From Candidatus Micrarchaeota archaeon (GTDB lineage: Archaea; Micrarchaeota; Micrarchaeia; Norongarragalinales; SBBD01), in NCBI GenBank assembly GCA_043806595.1, contig JAZDGU010000020.1, forward strand, positions 1 through 17,242: a DNA stretch of 17,242 nt, in the 5' to 3' direction. The translations under genes were made by a program, and so were the position numbers. The notes under the pieces were generated by a model. That model was not told where the DNA came from, searched no databases, and worked only from the letters and a program-made list of their open reading frames with translations. Position 1 is the stretch's first letter; each line of letters opens with the position of its first letter. Below are positions 15,786 to 17,242 of the stretch, in pieces.

Positions 15786-16559
15786 CTAATCCTTCGAATT
15801 GAAGTAAATGATCGCCGCGGCCGCCACCGAGCACGCGAACGCGCCCAATATCCCGGCCGCCAGCCCGAGCGCGGGGACGAGCATGTAGAGAGCGACGGCA
15901 AACGCCACGCTGGTCATGCTTCCTAGGGGCATGGCCTTTGCAACCGAGGAAGCGAACTCCAGTCCGTGCCTGTGCGCAAGAAGGACCGTCGAAGATGAAA
16001 ACGCCGCGGGAAAGGCCGAAAATAGCCCTCCCCAGAGCGGCCCGAGCGTCTTTGCGAGGAGCACTGCGAGGGCGACTACCGAGCCGGAGAAACCCGCCCG
16101 GAGCAGGAATTCTTGAATGCTGAACCTCATGCGCTCCAGCCTCCGGGGCCGCACGCCTTCAAGCAGCCGGAAGGCAACGACGTACACCGCCGCGGCCAAA
16201 ACGAGGGAAAGCCAGATGTCCTTGATTCCAATGACGGCAATGGGCACGGACACGGCGGCCCAGGCGAGCAGAGCACCCGAAAATGCCGCCGGCAGCCCGC
16301 GGCCGTGGAGCCTCACGAAAACGCCGGGAAAAAGCGAGCTTATCGCTATCGCCACCGGAAGAATGGGGGTCGCGGAAACCACCGCGGCCTCGCCTTGCGT
16401 CCACCCTATGAAGATTATGCTGACCAGCGTAGTCGAGGGAAGGCCGAGGACGATTCCGCCGAGCCTCGAGCCGAGCCTTTCGGCGACCCGGATGGTGAAC
16501 GCGATATACGCGCCTCCAATGAAAAACGAGAGAATCAGCTTGGCGGTGAACGCGTCCAA
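15786..16559 (-). CDS. DUF3147-like multi-pass membrane protein with internal duplication
   Basis: Likely TTG start at 16559 (MDAFTAKLILSF), 8 nt after the proS stop. Two related halves (AERLGSRLGGIVLGLPST and AKTLGPLWGGLFSAFPAA) and about 8 hydrophobic segments. Confidence 0.75.
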   Translation of the reverse strand: MDAFTAKLILSFFIGGAYIAFTIRVAERLGSRLGGIVLGLPSTTLVSIIFIGWTQGEAAVVSATPILPVAIAISSLFPGVFVRLHGRGLPAAFSGALLAWAAVSVPIAVIGIKDIWLSLVLAAAVYVVAFRLLEGVRPRRLERMRFSIQEFLLRAGFSGSVVALAVLLAKTLGPLWGGLFSAFPAAFSSSTVLLAHRHGLEFASSVAKAMPLGSMTSVAFAVALYMLVPALGLAAGILGAFACSVAAAAIIYFNSKD

Positions 16560-16567
16560 GAAAAAAC

Positions 16568-17242
16568 CTAGTATTGCCTTGCAATATACGTCGGGGTTCC
16601 CGAGGGCTTCCCGCAGACAACGCACTTGCCTTGCTCCTTTCCTTCCTTTCCATCGATCCTCCTGCCGCGGACCTTGCCGCCCGTGGTGAAGTCCTTGAGC
16701 TCGTCCGCGCACGGCTTCCCATCCATCCCGAATGAGCAGAAGAACGCCCTTGCAATGCCTTTCGCATCCAAAACCGAGCGTACTCCCTCCTTGCTCGAGG
16801 CGTCCTTGACGGCCTCCTCAAGGATTTTTTTCGACCGCCCGCGCAGTTCTCCAGTCAGCAGCCTGCCCTGCTCTTCCACCGCACGGGCCAACTCGTTCAC
16901 GCCGACCGAGGCCTTCTCCTTGCCGGTCCTGCGCACGAGGGTCGCCATGCCCTCCTTCACTTCCTTGGGCCCGATTTCCACGCGCACGGGCACGCCTTTC
17001 AGCTCCCAGAAGTTGTACTTGTATCCCGGGCTCTTGTCCGAGCCGTCCAGCGCCGCGGCAATGCCGGCCTCCTTCAGCGCAGCCAATGCCTTGCCCGAAT
17101 AATCCATAACCTCCTTCCTTTCCTCGTCCTTCCTGAATATGGGCACGACGACGGCCTGCAAGGGGGCTACCGCGAACGGGAAAATCAGGCCCTTGCTGTC
17201 CCCGTGGACTCCTGCCAGCGCCGCCATCATCCTCCAGATTCC
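16568..17242 (-). CDS. proS: Proline--tRNA ligase, archaeal/eukaryotic type, C-terminal part (5'-truncated)
   Basis: HGDSKGLIFPFAVAPLQAVVVPI, SPGYKYNFWELKGVPVRVEIGPKE anticodon-binding domain, four-Cys zinc appendage, terminal ARQY. Frame is open to the window edge. Confidence 0.96.
   Translation of the reverse strand, partial: GIWRMMAALAGVHGDSKGLIFPFAVAPLQAVVVPIFRKDEERKEVMDYSGKALAALKEAGIAAALDGSDKSPGYKYNFWELKGVPVRVEIGPKEVKEGMATLVRRTGKEKASVGVNELARAVEEQGRLLTGELRGRSKKILEEAVKDASSKEGVRSVLDAKGIARAFFCSFGMDGKPCADELKDFTTGGKVRGRRIDGKEGKEQGKCVVCGKPSGTPTYIARQY

Noticed and set aside
16560..16712. N-terminal extension of the membrane protein given by the ORF track
   Set aside because: It overlaps the proS 3' end in another frame. 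TTG 16559 just after the proS stop gives a cleaner start.
1..17242. CRISPR array, tRNA/rRNA genes, integrase or transposase
   Set aside because: No regularly spaced repeats, cloverleaf or recombinase motifs seen by eye. tRNAscan-SE and Infernal scans would confirm.

Overview
Archaeal chromosome segment (BRE/TATA promoters, archaeal-type IleRS and ProRS). A DPANN lineage such as Micrarchaeota is my inference and is not verified. Housekeeping genes (5'-truncated purL, purQ, ileS, serS, 5'-truncated proS) surround a ~4 kb accessory block (3307-7249) of toxin-antitoxin-like modules: a Fic-HTH protein, an AbiEi/AbiEii type IV pair, two small ORFs of unknown function, and a putative toxin plus winged-helix pair. 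The three recognisable modules each have a different palindromic operator candidate in the promoter. The right half also has a site-2 protease, a membrane protein with an FlgA-like domain, an Lrp/AsnC regulator, a sequon-rich surface protein and a DUF3147-like membrane protein. The most unusual signal is the ileS leader: three chained micro-ORFs ending in MLV* and MIIF*, then a GC-rich hairpin, which may be an Ile/branched-chain amino acid sensing leader in an archaeon. All family calls come from motif recognition by eye, with no database search.
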